Origin: Myxococcota bacterium
GTDB lineage: Bacteria > Myxococcota_C > UBA6777
DNA: 64,000 nt
Reading direction: 5' to 3'
Assembly (NCBI GenBank): GCA_023150835.1
Contig: JAKLKB010000019.1
Coordinates: 1-64,000 of the forward strand
The translations under genes and the position numbers were made by a program. Below the pieces are notes generated by a model. It saw only the letters and a list, made by a program, of their open reading frames with translations, did no database searches and was not told the origin of the DNA. Below are positions 10,199-19,007 of this stretch, piece after piece (position 1 is the first letter of the stretch; each line of letters begins with the position of its first letter).

Positions 10199-11595
10199 AG
10201 CGTGTATTGGTGGTCGATGATGAACCCTCGATGCGAGAGGTTCTCTCGTTGTTGATGCGTCGAGCGGGATGTTCTGTTGAGGCGGCTTCGGATGGAGCCG
10301 AAGCCATCGCGTGGTTGGAACGAGAAGAATTTGATGTGGTGTTTACTGATCTGAAAATGCCCGGACAAATCGATGGCATCGGTGTTTTGCGGCATGTTCG
10401 TTCGGTTTCTACGTCCACCCAAGTGATCGTCTTGACGGCCTTTGCTACCGCCGAAACGGCCATCGAAGCCATGCGCCTCGGAGCGTACGACTACGTTCAA
10501 AAACCTTTTAAAAATAAAGAGATCGAAGCCGTCTTAGAAAAGTCCTTGGAGAAGCGAGCGTTGCTCCAAGAGAATCGCCTTTTGCGCTACGAACTGCACG
10601 AGCGCTATCAGTTTGGAAACCTTGTCGGCAAAAGTTTGCCCATGCAGTCGGTCTTTGAGATGATGCGCAAGGTGATCGACACCAAAGTTAACGTCTTGAT
10701 CTTGGGGGAGTCTGGGACAGGAAAAGAGCTTGTGGCGCGTGCGCTTCACTACAACAGCCAACGCAAAGAACGCCCTTTTGTTGCGATCAACTGCGGTGCG
10801 ATCCCTGAAAATTTGCTTGAAAGCGAGTTGTTTGGCCATGCCAAAGGAGCTTTTACGGGCGCAGATCGCGACAAGATCGGTCTTTTTCAGTTGGCCGATG
10901 GTGGTACGTTGTTTCTTGATGAGATCGGCGAGATGCCGCTGTCCCTCCAAGTTAAACTGCTGCGGGTTCTCCAAGATCGTTGTTTGCGCCCGCTTGGAGG
11001 CCAAAAAGATATCTCCTTGGATGTGCGCTTGATCGCCGCCACCAACCGTCCGCTCAAAGAAGAAGTTCGTCAAGGACGTTTTCGTGAGGACTTGTTTTTC
11101 CGACTCAATGTGGTGTCTATTCAGATGCCCGCATTGCGCGATCGTACGGACGATATCCCTTTGCTTGCGACTGCTTTCTTGAATCGAGCGGCGCAAGAGT
11201 TGCAGCGGCCTGTTCGCTCCATTTCTCGTGAGGCGATGGAGATCCTGCTTCGTTATGCGTATCCCGGCAACGTGCGCGAGCTTCAGAACATCATCGAACG
11301 TGCGGTCTTGCTTGCCAACGCGACAGAGGTCTTGCCCGAAGACTTGATCCATTTGTCCGAACATCCTAAACCCCAACACAAGGCAACACCCCTTATCGTC
11401 TCAAAGTTGCCAACAGAGGGATTGGAGGTGTACCTTGCTTCGGTTGAGCGAGATATCTTGCTCGAAGCGTTGCGCCAAGCGGGTGGTGTGCGAACAGATG
11501 CCGCGAAATTGTTACAGATTTCCTTTCGCTCCTTGCGTTATCGCCTGAGCAAGTTGGACATTGAAGGCGACGCAGAAGAAAACAAGACGGTCTGA
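10195..11595 (+). CDS. pilR: Sigma54-dependent response regulator PilR
   Basis: REC (VVDDE, DLKMP), GESGTGKE, GAFTGA, Fis HTH (ISFRSLRYRL); ATG overlaps pilS stop. Confidence 0.93.
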   Translation: MKRVLVVDDEPSMREVLSLLMRRAGCSVEAASDGAEAIAWLEREEFDVVFTDLKMPGQIDGIGVLRHVRSVSTSTQVIVLTAFATAETAIEAMRLGAYDYVQKPFKNKEIEAVLEKSLEKRALLQENRLLRYELHERYQFGNLVGKSLPMQSVFEMMRKVIDTKVNVLILGESGTGKELVARALHYNSQRKERPFVAINCGAIPENLLESELFGHAKGAFTGADRDKIGLFQLADGGTLFLDEIGEMPLSLQVKLLRVLQDRCLRPLGGQKDISLDVRLIAATNRPLKEEVRQGRFREDLFFRLNVVSIQMPALRDRTDDIPLLATAFLNRAAQELQRPVRSISREAMEILLRYAYPGNVRELQNIIERAVLLANATEVLPEDLIHLSEHPKPQHKATPLIVSKLPTEGLEVYLASVERDILLEALRQAGGVRTDAAKLLQISFRSLRYRLSKLDIEGDAEENKTV

Positions 11596-11623
11596 GAGAC
11601 CACACGAAAAAGGAGAGTTCGTC

Positions 11624-12253
11624 GTGAAAAAACAACCCCACCCCCGATCTGGCGGGTTTACGCTGGTCGAAGTGATGATAGTCGTGGTGATCGTTGGTAT
11701 TTTGGCGGCAGTCGCCGTTCCGTCTTATCGAAAATATGTCTTGTGGTCCCGCGCCCAAGAGCCCATCACTTTGCTCCCCCAGATCCGCTTGAAAGAAGAG
11801 ATGTACTTCCAAGACAACAACCGATTCTTGTCGGCAGCAGCTTATCCTCGCGGGACAGGCGTTGTCTTCCAAGGCGACCCACAGCCGTGGGTTGATCCAA
11901 GCACACACACAAGCCAAGGCGTTCGCAACTGGTCTGTTCTTCAGTTTCAACCCGCCACGCGTTCCGTCTATTTTCGTTATTGGGTCAAGCGTGTGCGTGT
12001 CGCTCCCGGAGGCCCTATCACCGCAGAGGTCGAACCCAGCGGAACCACGATCCAGCCAACGGGGGGCGATGGAAGCACATGCGGGGGGATGATCCGCGAA
12101 ACTTTTTTTGATGTGACTGCCGAAACCTTCGTTGCCTGCGCGGATGGTTCGCTCAAAACAGGCGTTTGTACCCCCACAGGGGCGTCTTGCAAGATGCGTT
12201 TTGGGATATCGGGCGTTATCGGCCAAGGAAAGGTCCACTATTCTTTGGATTGA
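11624..12253 (+). CDS. Type IV pilin / pilin-like protein
   Basis: GTG start after AGGAG; G|FTLVEVMIVVVIVGILAAVAVPSY prepilin motif; C-terminal Cys residues. Confidence 0.85.
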   Translation: MKKQPHPRSGGFTLVEVMIVVVIVGILAAVAVPSYRKYVLWSRAQEPITLLPQIRLKEEMYFQDNNRFLSAAAYPRGTGVVFQGDPQPWVDPSTHTSQGVRNWSVLQFQPATRSVYFRYWVKRVRVAPGGPITAEVEPSGTTIQPTGGDGSTCGGMIRETFFDVTAETFVACADGSLKTGVCTPTGASCKMRFGISGVIGQGKVHYSLD

Positions 12254-12326
12254 GGGGGGCTTGGTCTTTGTTTCTGCCGACGAGATGGATCGCGTACAAA
12301 CGCCGTCATGCGAGGTTGCGGAATGC

Positions 12327-13322
12327 TTAGCGTGGGGGGGATATGCAGGAGTCGGGGGAGGGTTGTGTGAGTAAAAACGGTTGTTTTTCTCGTAGCGACG
12401 GGTCAAGGGAGACGTGCCCAAACAATGCCCTCGGCATATAGGGCGCTTGTGTTTGCCACCGCTTTGTAAAGCGTTGTTCTTGGCAAAGGGCGATTTGGGT
12501 TCGTTGACTGGCGCAATATCGGTGTAATCGTTCGCGGATATGTTGGAGGCTTTCAGGGTTGTTGGAGCGCCACAAGATATCCGTCAGATAATTGCAGATC
12601 AGGCGGGGGTCTCCTTGGTTTTGGCGCAGTAGTCCTGCGGCTTGGCTTCCGATGTAGGGCGGAGCGTTGGGCTTTGCTGCCGCTTCCATCAAATAGCGCG
12701 CTCCAATGCGTTTCATGCAGACACGCGTTTTTCGGACGAGCGTATCGCGTGGCCATCTCTCAGGCGCAGCGCGTTGACAATGGTCGAGGTGATCTTGATG
12801 CAGTTGTGCTTTGCTTTGGCGTCCCAAGTCGATCTCAAAGATGTAGGCCATCGCGATGGCGTTGGGAAAATAGTAATCGTCAGGAAATTGCTCGCGCCCT
12901 TTTTGGAGGATATACAAACTTTCCATCATCTCTCGACGGGTGTGTTGGTGGCGGTTATAAACGTTGAGCGTAGCCGCCCATTCGTAGGCGAAACGATACT
13001 TGGGGTCAAGGGCATAGATGGCCTCGAAATATTGTGTAACCCAACGGATGCTGCTTCTTTTGTCGCTAAAGTGTTCCCCTGCGTAAAGCAACGCACGTAT
13101 CCATACAAGATCACTCAAGAAAGCGCGATACCCTACGGAAAGTCGCTTGAGGGTTGGGGGCGATGGAAGGTAATACAGATCGCTGCTTTTTTGCCCCAAC
13201 ATCGCGTGCTGGAGGCGCATTTCTTGTCGAAAAGCCAACACGCCACCCAACGCCGCCAAAAAGACGAACCCTGTAACGGATCTCCTCAAAAAACAGCGAT
13301 TCCAGATCGAGAAACGAGGCAT
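12327..13322 (-). CDS. Pilin accessory protein, myxobacterial PilG-like (TPR-like)
   Basis: N-terminal TM; SDLVWIRAL, LDPKYRFAY, G..QFPDD, PNAPPY motifs; directly downstream of pilins. Confidence 0.6.
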   Translation of the reverse strand: MPRFSIWNRCFLRRSVTGFVFLAALGGVLAFRQEMRLQHAMLGQKSSDLYYLPSPPTLKRLSVGYRAFLSDLVWIRALLYAGEHFSDKRSSIRWVTQYFEAIYALDPKYRFAYEWAATLNVYNRHQHTRREMMESLYILQKGREQFPDDYYFPNAIAMAYIFEIDLGRQSKAQLHQDHLDHCQRAAPERWPRDTLVRKTRVCMKRIGARYLMEAAAKPNAPPYIGSQAAGLLRQNQGDPRLICNYLTDILWRSNNPESLQHIRERLHRYCASQRTQIALCQEQRFTKRWQTQAPYMPRALFGHVSLDPSLREKQPFLLTQPSPDSCISPPR

Positions 13323-13367
13323 CGTTCTTCCCAAAAGCCGTTCGGCTTTTTGTGTGTTGAGGCGCGA

Positions 13368-14000
13368 CTACTCAAGTGGATCGCGCTTGACGATATTGGA
13401 CTGCTCGATCTCTCCGTTGAGCGGGCTGATGTTCCCTCGAAATCGGTAATCCGAGAAGCTTTGATCGCAATCGAGGTCGGCTCGTGCGGCAACCATGAAG
13501 CTCGACACAGTACCCATCCCTGACGATGCGTACGCGTACTGGAAATAATGCGCTTTGTCAATGTTGTACTGGAGGCGCACCCAAAGCGGGCCCAGCCACC
13601 TTGATGTATCACGGATGTAGAGCGACATTCCGTTCGTACAAGGAGGATCCGTGGGCTGTGATGCGTGAAAGTTGCCTGCTTGCCCCCACTTTACGACGGC
13701 GTTGAGCTGTGTGTCCTCGCCTGTGCTATTGGTCAAGATGTCGCCTACGTTCGCAAGGTTGTTTGGAAAATGGTGGGGGATGGGGTTTCCATCGATCGTG
13801 TTGGTGTGTTCTTCGTTGTACCAGATCGTCGAACCTCGGCTGATGACACTAAAGCCAATGCCCACTTCGGACGTTTTGGACTGTCGAGTAAATCGTAGGT
13901 AGCTTGGAATGGCTACCACCGCAAGAATTCCAATGATCGCAACAACGATCATCAATTCGACCAGTGTAAACCCTTGTTGTTTTTTTGACAGGCGTCGCAT
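13368..14000 (-). CDS. Type IVa pilin paralog
   Basis: G|FTLVELMIVVAIIGILAVVAIPSY; C-terminus closely similar to the neighbouring pilin. Confidence 0.9.
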   Translation of the reverse strand: MRRLSKKQQGFTLVELMIVVAIIGILAVVAIPSYLRFTRQSKTSEVGIGFSVISRGSTIWYNEEHTNTIDGNPIPHHFPNNLANVGDILTNSTGEDTQLNAVVKWGQAGNFHASQPTDPPCTNGMSLYIRDTSRWLGPLWVRLQYNIDKAHYFQYAYASSGMGTVSSFMVAARADLDCDQSFSDYRFRGNISPLNGEIEQSNIVKRDPLE

Positions 14001-14296
14001 CGTACGCTCCTTCGTCTCTCGTAAAATAGGCCAAAAAACATGACTAAGTATATTCGTCTCTTCTTTATGATCGGGGTTGTATTCGTCTTTTCCTTGGACG
14101 GGCCGACGTTCGAGGCTGATCTTGCTCTTGTTCTATTTGACTCGAAAGTCTTTTGCTCTCCCCATGCTAGAACGGCTCACCGAACATGACACGCTTCTTT
14201 TGATGTTTCAAGATTTGTACTCGATGTCTGTTTTCGTGTAAGAAGGACTGCACGCGGGCAAGGGAGGGCGGGAGGGGGAGGCAATGAAACAGGCAG

Positions 14297-14335
14297 AAAA
14301 ACAAAACCCCCTCATGTTTTCACATAGGGGGTTTT
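14297..14335 (-). terminator. Rho-independent terminator after major pilin
   Basis: Minus strand AAAACCCCCT-ATGTGAAAACATG-AGGGGGTTTT then GTTTTT. Confidence 0.75.
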
Positions 14336-14358
14336 AAGAAACCTTGGGATTGGCTTGG

Positions 14359-15015
14359 TTATTCGAGGGGGTCACGCTTGACGATGTTGGAGCGTTCCAC
14401 TTCGCCTGTCACGGTGTTGACGTTTCCTCGGAGGCGATAGTCCGAGTAGGTAGCGTCGCAGTCGATGTCTGCACGTGCAACAACCATGTAAAGAGCTCCG
14501 GTTCCGACGCCGCTGGTGCCGTAGTAGTATTGGAAGTAGTGTGCTTTGTCGATACCAAACTGAACGCGTTTCCAGATCAAACCTTCCCAGTTGTTGGTGT
14601 TTTTCGTATAAAGAGATTGACCAACGTTGGGTGCCGTGCAAGGGGCGTTTGCGGGACTCGAAGCGCTACCTGCGTTGTCAGGTGTGGTACCCCACGTGCT
14701 GACGGTATCTCCAAGCTCGACGGAACCGGGGGCCGGAATACCGCTGCTCATGTCGTTTTGGGCGCTGCTGGTGGGGAAGTGGCGGACGACAGGGTTACCG
14801 CTTGCGGTGTCCGTGTGTTCGTCGTTGTACCAACCCGTTGCACCTTTGCTGACGGCTGCCAAGTTGACGGTGACTTCAGAGGTTTTGGCTTGGCGGGTAA
14901 AGCGGAGATAGGTGGGGATGGCGACGACAGCGAGGATACCGATGATCGCGACAACGATCATCAATTCCACGAGGGTGAAACCTTGTTGGGACTTTTTGCG
15001 GAATTTGCTCAGCAT
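14359..15015 (-). CDS. pilA: Probable major type IVa pilin
   Basis: MLSKFRKKSQQG|FTLVELMIVVAIIG; AAGGAG RBS; own sigma54 promoter and terminator. Confidence 0.85.
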   Translation of the reverse strand: MLSKFRKKSQQGFTLVELMIVVAIIGILAVVAIPTYLRFTRQAKTSEVTVNLAAVSKGATGWYNDEHTDTASGNPVVRHFPTSSAQNDMSSGIPAPGSVELGDTVSTWGTTPDNAGSASSPANAPCTAPNVGQSLYTKNTNNWEGLIWKRVQFGIDKAHYFQYYYGTSGVGTGALYMVVARADIDCDATYSDYRLRGNVNTVTGEVERSNIVKRDPLE

Positions 15016-15116
15016 GGGAAGCTCCTTGCTTGGTGGATGGTGCGCAGGGGTTTTGCGCGGGGTGTGGTTCTGCTCAATCAAGAACAACCACAAACGGTTG
15101 ATGTTTTTTTTCTCTA

Positions 15117-15132
15117 AGCATAACGTGTGCCT
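15117..15132 (-). promoter_or_regulatory. Sigma54 -24/-12 promoter for pilA
   Basis: Minus strand AGGCACACGTTATGCT has GG and GC at exact consensus spacing. Confidence 0.8.
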
Positions 15133-15229
15133 TCTCCTTGATGTGGTGTAAACAACAAACAATAGCCCGATGTTGTGCTTTTTGGTGGGAGAAGGGCTAC
15201 AGGCCAATCGGGGCGGCAGAGCTCGCCAG

Positions 15230-15276
15230 TGACAAATCCCGTCAGTGACAAATCCCGTCAGTGACAAAATTGGTCA
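15230..15276. promoter_or_regulatory. Three tandem TGAC-N7-GTCA palindromes (16-bp period); candidate PilR enhancer
   Basis: TGACAAATCCCGTCA twice plus TGACAAAATTGGTCA, ~100-145 bp upstream of the sigma54 site. Confidence 0.65.
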
Positions 15277-16500
15277 CTTGGGAGGGCTTTCTTTGTTGCT
15301 GGGGGGAGCTTGTTGGGATGGAAAGTCGTCTTTGTTGTTGTGAAGCGCTTCCAAAGCGCGACGAAGTTCTGGATAGGAAAGCGAAGCGTTGGAGGGAGGA
15401 AGTGCCGAGAGGAGATCGCTCGGTGGATCTTCTGGGGAGGGATCGTCGTGCATCTGGGCGATCTGTTGCTTTCGCAGGGCTTTTTGGCGGAGGTAGAAGA
15501 AGGGGAGAAGGAGGCTAAAAAGCGTGAGCCACAGCGTTTCGTGGGCCAACAGAGCGATCCAATGGTAATGGCTGCGCAGGTGTTGTTGCCAAGCAGGGAG
15601 CAGCCGAGCGTGAGGTTGTCCAAGGACGTTTGTGAGAGCGTGATCAAAGGACTGACCTGCGCGCAGAAGTTCGAGGACGCGGGGCAGAAGATCTGGGGCG
15701 TGGCTGCGCAAAAATTGGAGGTGCGCAAAGCTGGTAGCGTAGGCGAGCGTGGCGGAGGAGCCATCTGTGGGAAAGCGCCGTGAGAGCGAGGGGATCGGAG
15801 GAATACGACCGCTGATCTGGGCGGTTGCGAGGGTAAGGAAGCGGTCAAATGCGGTGTTGTCGTTGGATTGTTGCATCGCGACGGCTTCGACAAACCAAAG
15901 AGGCATCGGTTCAAATCGGGCTGCGCGGAAAAGTATCAAGTGGCTGAGTTCGTGAACGAAGGTTTGATAGATCTGAGGGAAGCCTTGGCCGGGTTGTTGG
16001 CGCAATGTCATCAGCCCTTGGCGTGGGTATGCGAGGCCGGCGATCCATGCGTGCGGTGTCCATGCGTGCGGCTGGATCGCGGCATAGTCGCGATCCACGC
16101 GGGCCATACGGATCTCGAAGTGGGCGTGTTCTTTGTAGCCGAGTTCTTCGGCGATACGCAGATAATCTTGTTCCATCCGTTCGGCGATGCGCCGGGCAAG
16201 CCAAGCCAGATCGGTCGGATAGCGCAGCGTAAAGTGCTTGGTGCGCAGCGTGTGTGGGAGTTGCTTGGGAACGGTGGGGGCTGCTTGGTTCGACGGATTT
16301 TGCGATGGTTGCGTCTTGTGTTGCGAGGCTTGTTGTTTGGGGGCCGCATACGGAGGCTTGTTTGCGGGGCGAAGTGGCCTTGTAAGAGGTGAAGGCTGCG
16401 GATCGAAAGGCGGTTGCGTCTCTCCCTTTTGGGGAGAACCTACCCAAAGCAGACCCACAAAAACCAGCCAACGAAAGCGATTGAAAAGATGGTCACGCAT
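15274..16500 (-). CDS. Peptidase MA-like zinc metalloprotease, exported with C-terminal TM
   Basis: AGLAYP, HELSH, PLWFVEAVA, LAYA motifs. Confidence 0.75.
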   Translation of the reverse strand: MRDHLFNRFRWLVFVGLLWVGSPQKGETQPPFDPQPSPLTRPLRPANKPPYAAPKQQASQHKTQPSQNPSNQAAPTVPKQLPHTLRTKHFTLRYPTDLAWLARRIAERMEQDYLRIAEELGYKEHAHFEIRMARVDRDYAAIQPHAWTPHAWIAGLAYPRQGLMTLRQQPGQGFPQIYQTFVHELSHLILFRAARFEPMPLWFVEAVAMQQSNDNTAFDRFLTLATAQISGRIPPIPSLSRRFPTDGSSATLAYATSFAHLQFLRSHAPDLLPRVLELLRAGQSFDHALTNVLGQPHARLLPAWQQHLRSHYHWIALLAHETLWLTLFSLLLPFFYLRQKALRKQQIAQMHDDPSPEDPPSDLLSALPPSNASLSYPELRRALEALHNNKDDFPSQQAPPSNKESPPK

Positions 16501-17278
16501 GGGAGTCTTCGGAGGGATGGGAGTCTTCGGAGGGATGGGAGTCTTCGGAGGGATGGGAGTCTTCGGAGGGATGGGAGTCTTCGGGGGAGGGGCGCTCGCC
16601 AAACAGGGCTGTACCGACGCGGATAAAGGTTGCGCCTTCTTGGATGGCGACGGCAAAGTCGTGGCTCATACCCATTGAGAGGTGCGGGAGAGGGTGGCCT
16701 GTTTGTTCTTGGAGTTGGTCCCGCCAACGCCGTAACGCTTGGAAGAACGGGCGTGTGGCTTCTGGATCTTCGTAGAGCGGAGGGATCACCATCAGGCCTT
16801 GGATGACGATGTGGGCGGGGGCTTGTTGGAGGATCTCGCGGGCCTCTTCGAGGCGATTGATCCCTGATTTTTGAGATTCGTGGGCGACATTGCATTGAAG
16901 GAGCGCATGGAGCGGGAGATCGGGTGGTTGGCGTTTGGCGAGTTCTTGGAGAAGCGCGACGCTATCGAGGGTGTGGAGCCATGCTGTGCGTCCCACGATA
17001 TACTTGCATTTGTTGCGTTGCAGCGGTCCGATCAGATGCCAGCGCAGCGCAGGGCAAGTTGCGGTGAGGTCGTCGGCTTTTTGACGCCATTCTTGGATGT
17101 AATTTTCGCCAAAGTCGCGCAGCCCCGCATCGTAGGCTTCTTGGAGGGCGGTGCTGGGGTGCATTTTGGACACGCCCACCAATGTCACTTCGTTGCGAGC
17201 GCGGCCTGCTTGGTCACAAGCGGCTTGGATCGCTTGTTCGATGGCGTTGAGGCGTTGTGAAAAGGATGTGGCGTTCAA
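16493..17278 (-). CDS. yggS: PLP homeostasis protein YggS with (SEDSHP)n tail
   Basis: VGVSK, FGENY, WHLIGPLQRNK, LSMGMSHD, GAT.IRVGTALFG; TTG start after GGAG. Confidence 0.9.
   Translation of the reverse strand: MNATSFSQRLNAIEQAIQAACDQAGRARNEVTLVGVSKMHPSTALQEAYDAGLRDFGENYIQEWRQKADDLTATCPALRWHLIGPLQRNKCKYIVGRTAWLHTLDSVALLQELAKRQPPDLPLHALLQCNVAHESQKSGINRLEEAREILQQAPAHIVIQGLMVIPPLYEDPEATRPFFQALRRWRDQLQEQTGHPLPHLSMGMSHDFAVAIQEGATFIRVGTALFGERPSPEDSHPSEDSHPSEDSHPSEDSHPSEDSHA
16499..16588. repeat. Five 18-bp tandem repeats (ATGGGAGTCTTCGGAGGG)
   Basis: Directly visible; encodes the YggS C-terminal repeat. Confidence 0.9.
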
Positions 17279-17327
17279 AAGTAAGCTCCTGCTTGAAGCG
17301 ATCCGAGGCGTGAAAAGGGTGCGGCGT

Positions 17328-17921
17328 TCAAAAGTAAGCTCCTGCTTGAAGCGATTCGAGGCGTGAAAAGAGGTGGTGCAACGGCAGTCCCACGACGTTG
17401 AAGTAGCAACCTTCGATGCGTTGAACAAACCAAGCGCCTTTCCCTTGGATGCCATAAGCCCCTGCTTTGTCCATCGGTTCGAGGGTTTGGACGTAGTGCT
17501 GTATCTGTTCTTCGGAGGCTTGGCGAAATTGGACGCGGGTGGAGACTTGGCTTCGGTCGCGGATGCCTTGGTTTCCGTGAAAGATCGCGATCCCTGTGAT
17601 CACTTGGTGTTCGTGTCCCACCAGCTTTTTGAGCATCCGCAGCGCGTCTTCTTTGTGGGCAGGTTTTCCGAGGATGTGTTTGTCTTGCACGACCACCGTA
17701 TCGGCTGCGATGATCCACGCTTCGGGGTCTTGGAGTGCTTCTAACACGCAGGCGGCTTTGTGTTCTGCTGCGCGCATCGCGTATTCAGCGGGGTCTTCGT
17801 TGGATTTGGGCGATGGTTCGGGATGATTCGCGGGATACACCTCGAAGGTCAGCCCCATCTGCTTGAGAAGCTCGATGCGTCGGGGAGAAGAAGACGCCAA
17901 GATCAAACGACCGAGAGCCAT
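17328..17921 (-). CDS. maf: Maf-family nucleoside triphosphate pyrophosphatase
   Basis: LILASSSPRR, AADTVV, LGKP, DKAGAYGIQG, NVVGLP. Confidence 0.95.
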   Translation of the reverse strand: MALGRLILASSSPRRIELLKQMGLTFEVYPANHPEPSPKSNEDPAEYAMRAAEHKAACVLEALQDPEAWIIAADTVVVQDKHILGKPAHKEDALRMLKKLVGHEHQVITGIAIFHGNQGIRDRSQVSTRVQFRQASEEQIQHYVQTLEPMDKAGAYGIQGKGAWFVQRIEGCYFNVVGLPLHHLFSRLESLQAGAYF

Positions 17922-18199
17922 GATGTCGATGCCTTTCGCGAAAAAGAAGCGGCGCAAAAGCGGAAATCGCCGCAGGATACCGATGCAAAAGCAAAATACG
18001 CCCTAGAAAGTTGGCGCACAAGTTAATGCGGATCGCTGGGTTGTCAAACGTCTGGTTTTTGTGGCGGGAGGCTCATTTTTTTGATGGGGTGGACGACGGA
18101 AGATGCTTTGGGGATCTTGTTTTGGTCAGAGGGGGCGGGTATCTTGCGGGCGTTGTTTTTTGGAACAACAACGTCCAACACCCAAAGCAAGGAGAAAAA

Positions 18200-18985
18200 A
18201 TGAGCGAATCCCGCAACGTCTCGCAAGAAACAGGTCAATACACTCGCCACAGCATCCTGCGCTACGAAAAGATCTTCGGCCAAGACTTTGTGAGTACGGG
18301 CGGCCTTGCCGTTGTCAAAGAGCTTTGCGCCATGCTCGATCTGCGCAAGGGGATGCGGGTTTTGGATATCGGTAGCGGCTTGGGAGGCGCAGCCTTTTAT
18401 ATGGCCAAGACTTATGGCGTCGAAGTGTTGGGCGTCGATCTCTCCCAAGTGATGGTCGATATCGCTTTGGAACGTGTTCAACAGCGCGAAGCAGCGGGTG
18501 TGCGCTTTGTGCTGGATGATGTGTGTACGATGCCCCTTGAGGAAGCTTCTTTTGATGTGATCTGGAGCCGCGATTGTTTTCTGCATATCCCCGACAAAGC
18601 AGCGTTGTTGAAAAAGCTGTATCGCCTGACGCGACCCGGTGGACAGATCTTGGTGACAGATTATGCACGTCGCGCAGGCCACGTCTCGGAAGCTTTTGAA
18701 AAGTACTTTACCAAGTCAGGCTACCATCTGTTGGATCCCGAGGCTTACGGCGCGCACTTCACCAACGCAGGCTATCTCAACGTCGAATCCAGCAATCAAA
18801 CTTCCCGATTTGTCGAGCTGCTGCACCAAGAGATGGAGATGTTGCAAGTCGACCGAGACAAGTTTTTGGCCGATTTTACAAGCGAAGATCTCGATTACCT
18901 CTTGCGTCGGTGGGCTGACAAACTGGGCTATTGTGCCGAAGGGAGCATGGTCTTTGCTCGCCTCCACGGACGGCGGGCGGCCTAG
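18200..18985 (+). CDS. SAM methyltransferase, phosphoethanolamine N-methyltransferase-like
   Basis: QYT.HSILRYEKIFG..FVSTGG, LDIGSGLGG, WSRDCFLHIPDK, ILVTDY. Confidence 0.75.
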   Translation: MSESRNVSQETGQYTRHSILRYEKIFGQDFVSTGGLAVVKELCAMLDLRKGMRVLDIGSGLGGAAFYMAKTYGVEVLGVDLSQVMVDIALERVQQREAAGVRFVLDDVCTMPLEEASFDVIWSRDCFLHIPDKAALLKKLYRLTRPGGQILVTDYARRAGHVSEAFEKYFTKSGYHLLDPEAYGAHFTNAGYLNVESSNQTSRFVELLHQEMEMLQVDRDKFLADFTSEDLDYLLRRWADKLGYCAEGSMVFARLHGRRAA

Positions 18986-19007
18986 TTCTTTTTGGAAAGA
19001 GCAAGAG

